Source: Craspedostauros australis
Taxonomy: Eukaryota
DNA: 49,419 nt
Assembly (NCBI GenBank): GCA_030167865.1
Contig: JALAGF010005232.1
Location: 1 to 49,419, forward strand
Direction of reading: 5' to 3'
The position numbers were made by a program, and so were the translations under genes. The notes under the pieces are model-generated. The model searched no databases. It saw only the letters and a list, made by a program, of their open reading frames with translations, and was not told where the DNA came from. How positions within the stretch are numbered: position 1 is the first letter of the stretch; every line of letters begins with the position of its first letter. Positions 29,563-40,887 of this stretch are shown piece after piece.

Positions 29563-31302
29563 TCAATTTCTTTGTCGTTTGGCAGGCACGTTGTGCAATG
29601 GAACGGAGAGCGGCGCCAAGCCCAGCGATGCTCCCGGTGCCAAGCTATCAGCCACCAGATCGTCCATCCCGTCCATGATATCAAGATCGACATCTAGCAT
29701 ATCCAGTTCTTGCAGCGTGGCATCACCAGGATTAGTTCTTGGTTTCGCCGGAGGCTTTGGTTGTCGTGACGAGACGATGCTGGGTCGGGAGGTTGGCGGC
29801 GTCAGCAGTCTTTTGGTGCTGCCGCTGTTGCTGCCGCCGTTCGGTGGCTTGGTCATCCTCCTCTGGCTGCGGAAGGATTGGGCAACGCGTTTTCTTGCCA
29901 CCGTGTCATCAACCTCTGCCCAGAGCCCTTGCTCCATCCTGAGAAAGCGTCCCTTCCGCTGCTGGACCTTGGAGACGATCAATCGCGTGATAACCGTCTT
30001 TTCCGACTTGGAGGCGTTGTCGTACTCTTCCTTGTGGTCCTCTATCATTTCGTTGAAGTTGTAGTTCCCCAGGTGGGTCGCATGAGCGCGGCCGAACAAG
30101 ACATCGAACCTGGTCGGGACCGTGACGATCGTTTGCTCATCCTGGTGTGCCGCGTCCTGCCTGCTTTTGGCGCCGTTCTTGCTGCCGTCATCGCTGGAGT
30201 CGTCGTCCGTGACTTGGGGCAACGCGAAGATGCAGTTCCCTGCACCTGCCTTCGCCTCCAGACGTTTCATGGCATCGATCCATCTGTGATGATTGTCGGT
30301 GAGCAATTCTCCATCCGAAGTTATCGGGAACGCGTCGACCGGAATCCCGAACGTCATGAGCTTGTACCGGCACTCCATGTCCGATCCTTCGTGATCACGG
30401 AACCTCACTCGGGTGTGGCTGGGTATCAAGCGCTTCTGCAGCATGACGAAGGGACGGAAGACAGGCGAGCTGTAGCACATGTGCAAACCTGCGAGGCGGA
30501 ACGGAACGGTTTTCATGAACGTCGACGACGCGACGATCTTTGTGGGATCGAAGTCGGTGACAGAAAAAGGGCCCACGGTATAGATGATCAAGATGACCCC
30601 GTTGCGTTGCGTCGTTACGTCCATGATGGTCATCCACGCTAGGTACGTGCCCGCGCGGACGTGATTCATCATCACCTTGTACTTCTCGTGGATCGTGGAT
30701 ACCACGATGACGGCCCTGCCCGCCCTGTCCCTGCTCGGCAGCAGCTGTATGTGACCATTGCGCATGCACTCTATGTCATCGTCATCCAAGAAGTCCAAGC
30801 ACCAATCCCTGACAAGGGCATGGTCTCCCACGAGCACGCGTTTGGCCCAGTAGTGGCCGACGTAGGCCTCCGCCGCGTCCTTGATATCGAAGGCGTGCCC
30901 CCGAAGGAACATGAGCGCCAGACGTCGGCTCGTGACGTAGCTCTCGTCCATGGTCATGGCGAGATCATACGCCTGCTTTCTCTTGTTCCTGGCTGGGAAG
31001 GCATCGATGTGTTCCCAAAACTGCTTCAGCGACGATTTGATGAGTTCCGGCGTTTCTGCCGGCTCCTTCGAGACGCCGTGGATGTCCTGGTAGACCCGCT
31101 CCCTCTCATTCACCGAGAGATTGTTCATTTCGTTCGCCAGCAGGACGTTCACCTCTTCCTCCGTCGTGTGGGATCTCTGCTGCAGCGACCGTATGACGTC
31201 GCTATCGCGGTGCTCGTCCATGGCGACCATCATGCTCTCCAGTGGAACATCTTGCACCAGGGCCGTGTCCGCGGATGCGCCTTTGTCTTTGCCTGTGCTC
31301 AT
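29563..31302 (-). CDS. CRAL-TRIO (Sec14-like) + DUF6824 domain protein
   Basis: 579-aa ORF. LMFLRGHAFDIKDAA, QLLPSRDRAGRAV, TQRNGVILI, PFRLAGLHMC and RVRFRDH are CRAL-TRIO-like. PTRFDVLFGR...HLGNYNF...EKTVI...KGRFL...WAEV...ARKRVAQSFR is DUF6824-like. Confidence 0.85.
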   Translation of the reverse strand: MSTGKDKGASADTALVQDVPLESMMVAMDEHRDSDVIRSLQQRSHTTEEEVNVLLANEMNNLSVNERERVYQDIHGVSKEPAETPELIKSSLKQFWEHIDAFPARNKRKQAYDLAMTMDESYVTSRRLALMFLRGHAFDIKDAAEAYVGHYWAKRVLVGDHALVRDWCLDFLDDDDIECMRNGHIQLLPSRDRAGRAVIVVSTIHEKYKVMMNHVRAGTYLAWMTIMDVTTQRNGVILIIYTVGPFSVTDFDPTKIVASSTFMKTVPFRLAGLHMCYSSPVFRPFVMLQKRLIPSHTRVRFRDHEGSDMECRYKLMTFGIPVDAFPITSDGELLTDNHHRWIDAMKRLEAKAGAGNCIFALPQVTDDDSSDDGSKNGAKSRQDAAHQDEQTIVTVPTRFDVLFGRAHATHLGNYNFNEMIEDHKEEYDNASKSEKTVITRLIVSKVQQRKGRFLRMEQGLWAEVDDTVARKRVAQSFRSQRRMTKPPNGGSNSGSTKRLLTPPTSRPSIVSSRQPKPPAKPRTNPGDATLQELDMLDVDLDIMDGMDDLVADSLAPGASLGLAPLSVPLHNVPAKRQRN

Positions 31303-32154
31303 CGTTGTACTTATCGTTATGCTCTGGGATAAATGGTATCAATGCAGAGGATATCTCTGTGTGGGAGTATCCGCTCTGTTCTTCTCTAGGCTGTACTCCT
31401 CCCTATTACAAGGACTGTGCTGTGTTCCTTTGGTGACAGCCGGTGGAGGCAACTTTAGCAGCCGTGATTGTTTCCTCTCTGGTCGCCTCGTTTTCGCTGT
31501 CTCTGATCCTTTTCTCCCGCGGCGCAACAAGTACATATAGTACAGCTGCTGCTACAATTGATCGTTGTGGTATTGTGGGAGTTGCGAGCAGTGGGGTTGA
31601 GCAGTTCTTTCTTCCATGGGACCTCTTCCTCCTTGCGTTGCTGCGACAAGGTGATCGCTCGATGCCTTTTTTGTGGTTGGTTTCCGTCTCGCCCCTCCAG
31701 TCTATTGCTTCACTCTCCATTCTGTTGTTTGTCATCCGTGCGTTGAAGCCGCTGCAACCGCCTCCACGATTGCCACCTCACGTCATTCTCCCTCTTGTGT
31801 GCTGCCTCGTTGATTCACACGTTGCGAATCCAGGAAACTGCACGATCTGTCGAAATCATTCTTTTCTCTCCGCACAGTCATCCTGACACGTGATCAACAC
31901 TGTTATTTCGGAAAAGTCATCAACATGTCATGACAGAAGGCCTCGAGATCCAGTGAGGTGTAGACACGTGACCTCGCTATGGTAACATACGACTACGAGT
32001 AGTTGTGCATGTGCGGTTGCAGGATATTATACGACCTAAACTCTTACTCCACTGAAACATCCCACCCCATAAGCATTCCAAGGTAGAGGAATGACGTTCT
32101 TGATTGTCTCAACTTCCATGTTATGGAGCATTACTCCACTAATTTATTCGTGCT

Positions 32155-35100
32155 CTACATCAACTCCTTGTGCGTGTACTTCTTGGACGCATCCTCGCCC
32201 GCAAACTCGGCGACGATGTTGGTGTCGCCCGATCGCAGCTGCCACTTGGTGGTGAGCAGCCCTTCGACGCCGACAGGACCACGAGCATGGATGCGACCCG
32301 TGGAGATGCCCACCTCAGCGCCCAACCCAAATCGGAAGCCATCAGCAAATCGCGTCGAGCAGTTCTTGAACACGCAGGCGGCGTCCACGCGTCGCAGGAA
32401 CTCCTCACCGACGTCGCTCTTGTCATCGCAGACGATGGATTCGGTGTGCCCGCTGCCGTGCTTGTGTATCCAGTCGATGGCTTCGTCCATGCTCTCCACG
32501 ACTTCCACCATGCAGGTCAGGTCGCCGTACTCGCATTTCATTTGTTGCGACGCATTCTCACACAGCCCCAGCTGCATGGCGGACGGACCGCCCAGACACT
32601 TCACTTTAGCGGCACGAAGTCCCATCAATGTTTGCTCTGCCACACCATTTGTGATCGTCGCCTTGTGCAACAGCACCGTTTCCATGGCGTTGCATGCGGA
32701 TGGGTAGTCGATCTTGGCATCCACGGCGATCTTCTTCGCAGCTTCGGCAGATGCGGATTCATCCACGTACACATGACAGACACCGTCGGCATGCCCGAGC
32801 ACTGGGATGCGGGTGTTGGTCTTGATGTATGAAACGAGCTGGTTGCTGCCGCGTGGGATCACAAGGTCGATCACGTCGTCCAATGCCAGCATATCCGAGA
32901 CCTGCGTGCGTGTGTGTATATATGTTGGTATGTTGCAGTGGGCGAGTGAGTAAGTGCGCGCGTGTTCGTGTGTATCCGAGAGGGTGCCGAATAAAATTCG
33001 TGAGAGATCAATTGCTTTGTCTGTGGTCCTCGCATGTAAAGAAGAAGCGGCAGCACAAGTCGATGGAGGATACAGTGCGGACTTGCGATCAACGTTCAAC
33101 CAATCAATCAACCAATCAATCAGTCAATCAATCAGTCAATCAATCAGTCAATCAATCAAATAGCATGTACGTGAGGACACAGCCGAGGTTTCATTCCACA
33201 ACACAACGTACCTGACCGCGGCTGGTGATCAATGCAATGATGTCACGCTTGATCTTTCCGCCGCTGCCGGACTCAATCGCATCCCCGATGACCTTGTGAA
33301 TCGCCGCGTTGGAATTCAACGCCTCCTTGCCACCCTTGAGCAAGAGCCCGTTTCCGCTTGCCAGCGACAGCGCCGAGATCTGTGGCATGGAGTCTGGACG
33401 TGATTCGAAGATGACCATCAGCACACCAATTGGCACAGTGATGAGCGAAAGCTCCATGCCGTCCGCCAACTCCCGCTTGCTCTTCACGACGCCCAGAGGA
33501 TCTGGAAGCGCTGCCAGCTGTCGCAGTCCCGATGCCAGCGTCGACAATTTGGCTTCCGTCAGTTTCAGACGCTTCTTGAGCACCATCGCGACTCCATCCT
33601 TCTCGGCAGCCTCCAAGTCCAAAGCGTTGGCGGCCAGCAATTCATCCTTGCGTGCTATGAGCGCTTCTGCGATGGCGACCAGCACGTCCTGGCGCACCTT
33701 GTTCGGCATCGCCTGGAGCTTACGGGCCTCGGTTCGGGCAGCGGAGGCCTTCGCACGCGCTTCTTCGCACACGTTCAAGGCTGCTTCCTGTTCATCGAGA
33801 TGTCATTGCATTGATGGTCGCGCAGCGCAGCGTAACGCATTAACGAATTGATCGAGGAGAGTTTCACATGGAAATTGAGAATGTAGTGGGGTGCGACCAA
33901 TGTCATTCCACAAGCAGAAATCAGCAAATCAGCAGAACGGCATTGATGTCCCACTGAGACGCAGGATCACTCAACGGAGTCCTCCATCGAGGTTGCCGTA
34001 GTCTCCGACACACAAACTGAACATACGATACACAGTGCAGCACACTCACCGATAATTCCTTGATGTCAGCGATGGCTTGCCGTTCCAGCGGACTGTCTGG
34101 CGTGACGAACATCGTCCCCTTGCTGCCGAATTCGTTGCTGGGTCCGAGGACGGCACGCACGGCATTGAGATCCGCTCCCGACGCGACGACACAGGCCTCG
34201 CACTTGGCTCCCTCTGCCACGGCGTTGATGGCAGCTTCGATCTTGGATGCCATGCCACCACGACCTGCGATTGTTGGTATGATCGTCACACACGTTTGGG
34301 TGTGCGAATATGGTGGAAGAGTTCATGGCATTGACACGAAGAGAGAGAGAGAGAGAGACGGCGCGCGTGTGTGTGTGTGCATGTGTGTGTGCATGCGTGT
34401 GGTGAGTTGATGGGAGGAATAGAGCAAGGCATTGGCGTAATAGTGATATATGAGCATCCTACCATAGTATCATCCGCAACGACAGAGAGGGACACAGTAA
34501 TTTACAACAGAACAGACCAATGCGAGTCGGAATACGCACCTTGAGCACTCTTGGCACCAATGGCAACCTCAGATGTGTTCTGCATGTAGAGATCGAGCAT
34601 CTTGGCCCCTTTGTTGGTCGGTGGCTGGTCGTACACCCCATCCACATCCGTGAGCAGCAGGAGGACCTTGGCATCAAAGCTGCGGGCACACAACGCGGCG
34701 AGGGAGTCATTGTCGGAGAAGACATCGTCCGAGGTGTAGCCAGCGTTGGCCGACACGGCGTCGTTCTCGTTGATGATGGGGACGATGCCGAGACTGAGCA
34801 GACGCTCGATGGAGTATTTGAGGTTCTTGAGACGGATCGGATCCGCAAAGTCGGCCTGCGTGACGAGGATCTGCGACGCCGTGACATCGCACTGGCTGAA
34901 GAGGTTGCAGTAGAGGCTCATCATCTCGAACTGGCCGGCCGCGGCGCAGGCGGAGTCGTAGTGCTTCTTCTTCTCCTGCGCCGTGTGCGGACGTTCTTTG
35001 GCATGCAGCAAGGAATTGAAGCTGAGGCGCGACGACATGGATACGCCGCCGTACATTGCCGCTTCGGCTGCCTGCTGCGCGGCCTGCGACATGTTGCTCA

Positions 35101-35350
35101 TGTCGTTGAAGGACTTCATCATGTTGTGCTGCTTGCCCAGCAGACGCTTGCCCATGCCGACGGCGCCCGAGCTGACGAAGATGACCTGCACGCCGCGGGC
35201 TTTGAGCTCGCTGATCTGCTCCGCGATGGCACCCACGCGCGTCAGCGATGGTCGCCCATCCTCGTTCGTCACAACGGACGTGCCGGCCTTGACGCAGACG
35301 CGTTCGGCACGGCGCAAGGCGGCGCGGGATTTCATTTCAGTCGATGGCAT
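32155..35350 (-). CDS. P5CS: Delta-1-pyrroline-5-carboxylate synthase (bifunctional glutamate 5-kinase / gamma-glutamyl phosphate reductase), 4 exons, 782 aa
   Basis: Exons 35350-34540, 34264-34050, 33787-33212 and 32901-32155, joined in frame by GT-AG introns. Motifs VKAGTSV, VSSGAV, AAGQ, NENDAV, SDNDSLA, GRGGMASK, IFESRP, LLKGGKEA, IPRGS, PSACNAMET, HGSGHTE, STRFADG and ARGPVG. Confidence 0.97.
33097..33159. repeat. AATC-based microsatellite with 12-bp CAATCAATCAGT higher-order unit, in P5CS intron 3
   Basis: caaccaatcaatcaaccaatcaatcagtcaatcaatcagtcaatcaatcagtcaatcaatc. Confidence 0.9.
34341..34401. repeat. (GA)n and (GT)n microsatellites in P5CS intron 1
   Basis: gagagagagagagagaga followed by gtgtgtgtgtgt runs. 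Confidence 0.85.
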
Positions 35351-36150
35351 GGTGTGACGAGGTTGTGAGCTTCTTCCTCTGCTTCTTCTGTTTCTTCTGC
35401 TTCTTCGTCTTGTGCTTTTTATGATTGTTGTAATTGTTGTTAACGTTGTTGTTGTGAATTCGAGTGCGATCAGTGTGACTTCTGGTCGCAGTGATGATTG
35501 TGAGGGTAGCGGCAACGGCGGCGACGATGAGGAAGGTGGCCGTCAGTATTCCGTTCTGGTTGGAGGTCGCATGGGGACACGCAACGAGGAAAGAGATGAC
35601 CTGTTGTGCTCTCGGCATCAGTTGCGGGTTCTTCGTGTGAGGTTGTGTGGTTGTTGTTGTGCGGATGAGTGATGTCTTGTGTCATGTGGGTCGCAGGTTT
35701 GGGATACGTTGAGTCCATTCAGTCTAAGACGCGTGTCGGACTCGACGGAATCGGAGATACCCACACAGACAAATTCCTATTTCCCACGGGTATTACACAC
35801 CCGATATGCACTTTCACACAGCCACACAGACATGATATCCGTTGGCGGTTGGAAAAATTGCGCGAAAGATTCCGGCAGAGATGAGGAAAGCCATTGTTTG
35901 TGCTGGGAAGCCTGATTGTTCATGTCGGCAGCTCTCTGCCGTTGCCATTGCCATTATTGTCATCTCTCTGCTGTTCTCCCCATTGTCAAATTGGTGAATG
36001 AGAGTGAAGCGAAATACGCATAGCAAGGTGTTGATCACGATAGAAGGGGTGTGTCAAGATTTGCGGTGAGACAAGCAAGATCAGGCGGTGGTAACCCAAT
36101 CTTGCTGTCACTCTCCACCCGCCACATCTGCCAGCCTCATGACGTTGACA

Positions 36151-39100
36151 ATGAAAATCCCAATGACGATACACTACGCCGCGACGCTGTGCGTGGCGTG
36201 CATCCTCGTTTCCACAGCATGCGCGGCATCCACAACGAACGATCCGATGCAGCAATGCGGACTGTTCCTGGCCGAATCGTCCATCCCCAACGCCGGCTGG
36301 GGCGTCTACACGGGCGTGGATCGCGAGGAGGAGGACGTGATCGATCCGCTGGACATCGTCATTCAGATGGTGGACATGAAGCGGGTGGAGCAGATGCGCG
36401 TTCCCAAGATGGATCGACCGGCCGTCATCCCAAGATGCAAGCTGCGGGAGTACTACTGGTCGGCCGAGACGTCCTTCGCGACGTACGATGCGTTGGAGGA
36501 AGTGCAGAGCGTCGTGCCTGGCATGGGGATGATGACCAACAGCCATCCCGGGCTCAACAATATCCACTACGAGGGTACCGACATCCGCAACTACGATGGC
36601 TTCGTGCTGGACGATGATTTAGCGGAGGAGGAGGAGGATGAGACTAGTATGGGTACGAATGGCGACAAGCAGCGCGACAGCGACCTGCAGCCACCGTATC
36701 GCAACAACGGGGCATACACGCACTACACCAAGCAGTCCTTTTCCGTGCAGACAAAAATACCGGCGGGACACGAGCTCTTTGTGGGCTACGGCGACGGCTG
36801 GTTTCGATCGCGGGGTTGGATGTTCGGCGACGACTTTCCACTCGAAAACAACTTCCGAAGCGTGGATTCGCTCACGGCCGCCTTTCGGCAATGCGCGCAA
36901 GATGGCAAGGCAACGTACGCGTCCGACCTGTGGCAAGTCACGAAAGACATCCTGCAGGAATTGGAACTGCAACCGCGCACGCTGCGTGCCATGCCAGACA
37001 AGCACGAGGACGCCGTGTCCTTGGGTGGCAAATCGTCGGCATACCTCAAGGTGCCCAACGCCATTCGCCCGCTTGAGTGGTTATTCGACAATGGCTACTG
37101 CATGGACTTCATCCGACCGAAGGTGTCGACGATTCCGCATGCTGGCTTGGGTGCATTCGCCAGGCTCGACCTGCCCAAGGGCACCGTCGTGTCACCCGCG
37201 CCGTTGGTTCCCATCTCACGGTACCACGTGGACATGTACATATTAGAGGGCACCACGAATGCCATACTATGGGAAGGCAACCAGCTGCTGCTCAACTACG
37301 CCTATGGACATCCTGATTCATCATTGCTGCTCTTTCCGTCAGGTTCGGCCGTCAACCTCATCAACCACGCGACGCACAACCAGACGACGCCGAACGTCAA
37401 GCTGCAATGGAGCAAGTTCACGGCGATGGACCATGCCGACGATTTTGAAAGGGCGGTGGAGGATCTGCTGGAGAACAAGACGTCCCTCGTCATGGAGGTG
37501 GTTGCCATTCGGGATATCGCGGAAGGCGAGGAGATACTGCTGGATTACGGCGATGCGTGGCAGACGGCGTGGGATCAGCATCAGCAGCAGTTGCAACAGG
37601 AATCCGAAGAGGCTGGACGACAGCGGCAACAAGAGGGAGGCTTGTGGATGAGTCACAAGGGAGCGTCGAAGACAACGAATTACACATCCGGCTGGACCTT
37701 CCATCAGCTGGAACCGTACAGGACACGGTCAGATCGTTATCCACGCGAAACGAAGTATCCAGACAACATCGAAGTTCGGTGCGTCGTACCTTTCGATGAA
37801 GATGCTGTTGTTCGATCATCATCAGATGAAGATAATGACGACGATGATGATGACGATGATGAATCAGACCAAGCTGATCCACAGCATGTGAGATGGAACT
37901 CGAATCTGCGATGGTGGGATCTCAGAGACTCGTTGGCATGCACTTTGCTTGTGAGCAAGGTTGACGACGAAGCTTCATCGGATGATCCATTTGGCGAGAG
38001 TTACGTGTACAAAGTCAAAGTCAAAGATGACGATGGCAACATATGGTATGTGGACGGTGTCGAACCACGTGCCATCCACTTTGTGGATAGACCGTACACG
38101 GCACCGCAATACCAACGCGACGCATTCCGCAAGGAAGTCCAAATCCCCGACGCCTTGTTCCCGGCAAAGTGGAGGGACATCGGACAAGCGAAGTCCAAGT
38201 GTGGTCTGTACATGGCCGAGTCCTCCATCCCCAACAGCGGTCTGGGCATGTTCACGACACGCGAAATCCGCAAGGATACCAAAATATTCTCAGGCGACGT
38301 CGTGGTGGTTGTGGAGGACGTGGACGAGAACATGAAGTTGCTGGAGCAAAAGACTGGTCGGAGGCCGCAATCCTGGGATGACTCTTCCTGGTTGCTGGAT
38401 AGCTACTACTGGAACGCAGGCCATGGTCGAGGCACGCACGAGGCGGATGATGTGGAGTGCATCGTGCCAGGTATCGGCATGCTGGCGAATTCACACACAG
38501 GTGCGTCTGAACAATGTGTTGCATGTATCCGTCGTTTGATGGTTTGTTTGCTGTGTCCGCCATGTGTTCTGATCACGTACTCGTACCTACAACACAAATG
38601 ATTGTGCAGGCCGTGAGATATTATGCCCCCTTTTCACATTTCATACCCTCCTCCTCCTGGAACTTGCAACTGCTTCACCTCCCGCTTGCCTCACGCTCAT
38701 TTCTCTTCTCTCTGTATCTTCACACCCGCGTGAACGTCACAACCGACCGAACGACTCGTGTTTCTTCGTTTTGGTATCATGCAGGCCTCGTCAACGCGGC
38801 GATGAAGGCACCCACGCTGGTTCATCATCATCATCACCACGATAATCCCGGATATGGCGCACACACGCATTTCCATGATGTGCACTATCTGGCCACGACC
38901 ACCATAGAGGCAGGTGCTGAGATCTTTGACGAATACGGCGACAGTTGGTTCATCAACCGCGAGCCCGTGCTGGGCATGATCCCCCTCAGTGCCGATTTTG
39001 CGCGCTCAGACACCTTCCTTGGGCGGTACTTGCGTGTGGCACGGCACGAAGACCGCCACGCTCGTGATTTGTGGAATGTCACCAGGAGTCTGCTGGAGGA

Positions 39101-40325
39101 ATGGAATCACAGACCGCGCGTCAACATAGCCCTGCCAAAGGACTTTGACGACATTCCACAGTTTGAGAGCTTGGGATCGGCCAAGTGCTCCATCGACCAT
39201 CGGTTACGTTCCGACGAGTGGCTGGAGGCGAATGGGCGATGCATTGACAACATGAAACCTGGACGATCCAACAATCCGAATGCAGGCATGGGTGCATTTG
39301 CAACGCGATCCCTCAGCCAAGGGATGGTGATTTCGCCAGCGCCGCTCATCCATCTCCACCGAGACAACATGAAGGTGTTCTTTTCGAAGGATTCGGACGA
39401 CCCGGACGCGGACGTGAAGTACCTGCGAGAACAGCAGCTTCTGAACTACTGCTTCGGTCATGAATCGTCCAACTTGCTCCTCTTCCCGTACGCGCCCGTG
39501 TTCAACTACGTCAACCATGACGGAAAGGACTTCAATGCCAGGCTCCAATGGTCCACGATGTCATCGCACAAGACGGCATGGCTGGATCGCTCACCCGATG
39601 ACATTCTGACGGAGCCCTTCGCTGGCTTGATCATGGAGCTTGTGGCCACCCGCGACATCCGGGAAGGCGAGGAGGTGCTGATCGATTACGGACCGCGTTG
39701 GGAGTCCGCCTGGCGCAAGCACGTCGACCAGTGGGACCCGAAGCAGTTCGATTTTCGCTTCCAGGCTGCCCAGTTGAACGACTGGTTGGATTGGATCGAG
39801 GTGGACCATGGGCAGTACTTGGTAAGGTCAGCAGGCGGCGGCAATGGCGGCAGCAGCAACAACAACACCGGTAGTGAAGGCGACGATGAAGTGCAGGATT
39901 TGATGGAGAGCGTGTTCATGGCGTGTTACATGAGCGACATTGAGCACCGACCCTTCACAGAGTCCGTTGATGTCGTGTACACTCCGACTTACTCGTGGAA
40001 AGGCGAGGTAGGGCTGTTCGACCAGATCTACGATTTGCTCGGCTGTCGGGTCTTGTCCAGACAGCTGCCACCCGACGCTCACCTCCGCAAGAACACCGTG
40101 TCTCCAGCCGAGGTGACGTACACAGTGAAGATGTTTGACATCTACGACGACGAGGAGGAAAGCGAGTTTTGGATTGTGGAGGGGGTCCCGAGGAGGGCTA
40201 TCGAGATGTTCGACTTCAAGTACAAGTCCAGCATGTTCCGGCCCGGTGCCTTCCGCCACGAGATCGATCTCCCCGACGGTATGATCCCCTCAGCATGGCG
40301 TGATGTCGACAAAAGCCAGGTCTGA
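36151..40325 (+). CDS. Signal-peptide protein with four SET-like methyltransferase domains in two tandem units (diatom BacSET-like), about 1296 aa, intron 38501-38784
   Basis: Hydrophobic leader YAATLCVACILVSTACAA. Repeated motifs CGLxxAESSIPNxGxG, PGxGMxxNSH, IxAGxExFxxYGDxWF, GxGAFA and NH...RDIxEGEExLxDYG. The ACAG|GTGCGT donor and GCAG|GC acceptor give in-frame NSHTGLVN, matching NSHPGLNN in unit 1. Confidence 0.85.
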
Positions 40326-40887
40326 GTGCTAAAGGGATCACGTGTATAGTACTCGTATTGGTAACTTTGCCGTTGCTGACTGCGCTGCCATGACCACTGC
40401 TCCCCTTGGTGGTAATAGTGGTACGACCTCAACATCCTGGTGTTGTTTGGTCAAGGTTCTCCTCACCCCAGCCGACGGGTTCTCATTCCTTGTTCGAACA
40501 CATCCAGACGGATGCGAACCCATCAACAACCAGAATAAATTAGTCTGCAATCTCTTTTAACCCCAGGCTCCCATATGTGGTTGTTGTAACATTAAAATGG
40601 GACACACTGATCGTCCAAAAAGCGTATCTTTTGTTGTGTTCTGTTCTGTGATGTGTGATGTGTGTTGGCACATCCTTGCGTCCATCGGAACAAACTGAAG
40701 CAAACCAAAGTAAAGCAAGACAAACGCTTCATCTGTATCCATCACATCTGCGTCGGCACGAACATACAGAGGATCGGCAAACTCGGGAAGAAATCTGTGA
40801 CAGAAGGATCTCATCGATCCCATCCATCTCGTTGGAGCGCATTAAAGTGCGTCAGATCTGAGCATCTCCCACCAACCACACGCCGTC

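Noticed and set aside
34520..35368. 282-aa plus-strand ORF
   Set aside because: Antisense shadow of P5CS exon 1.
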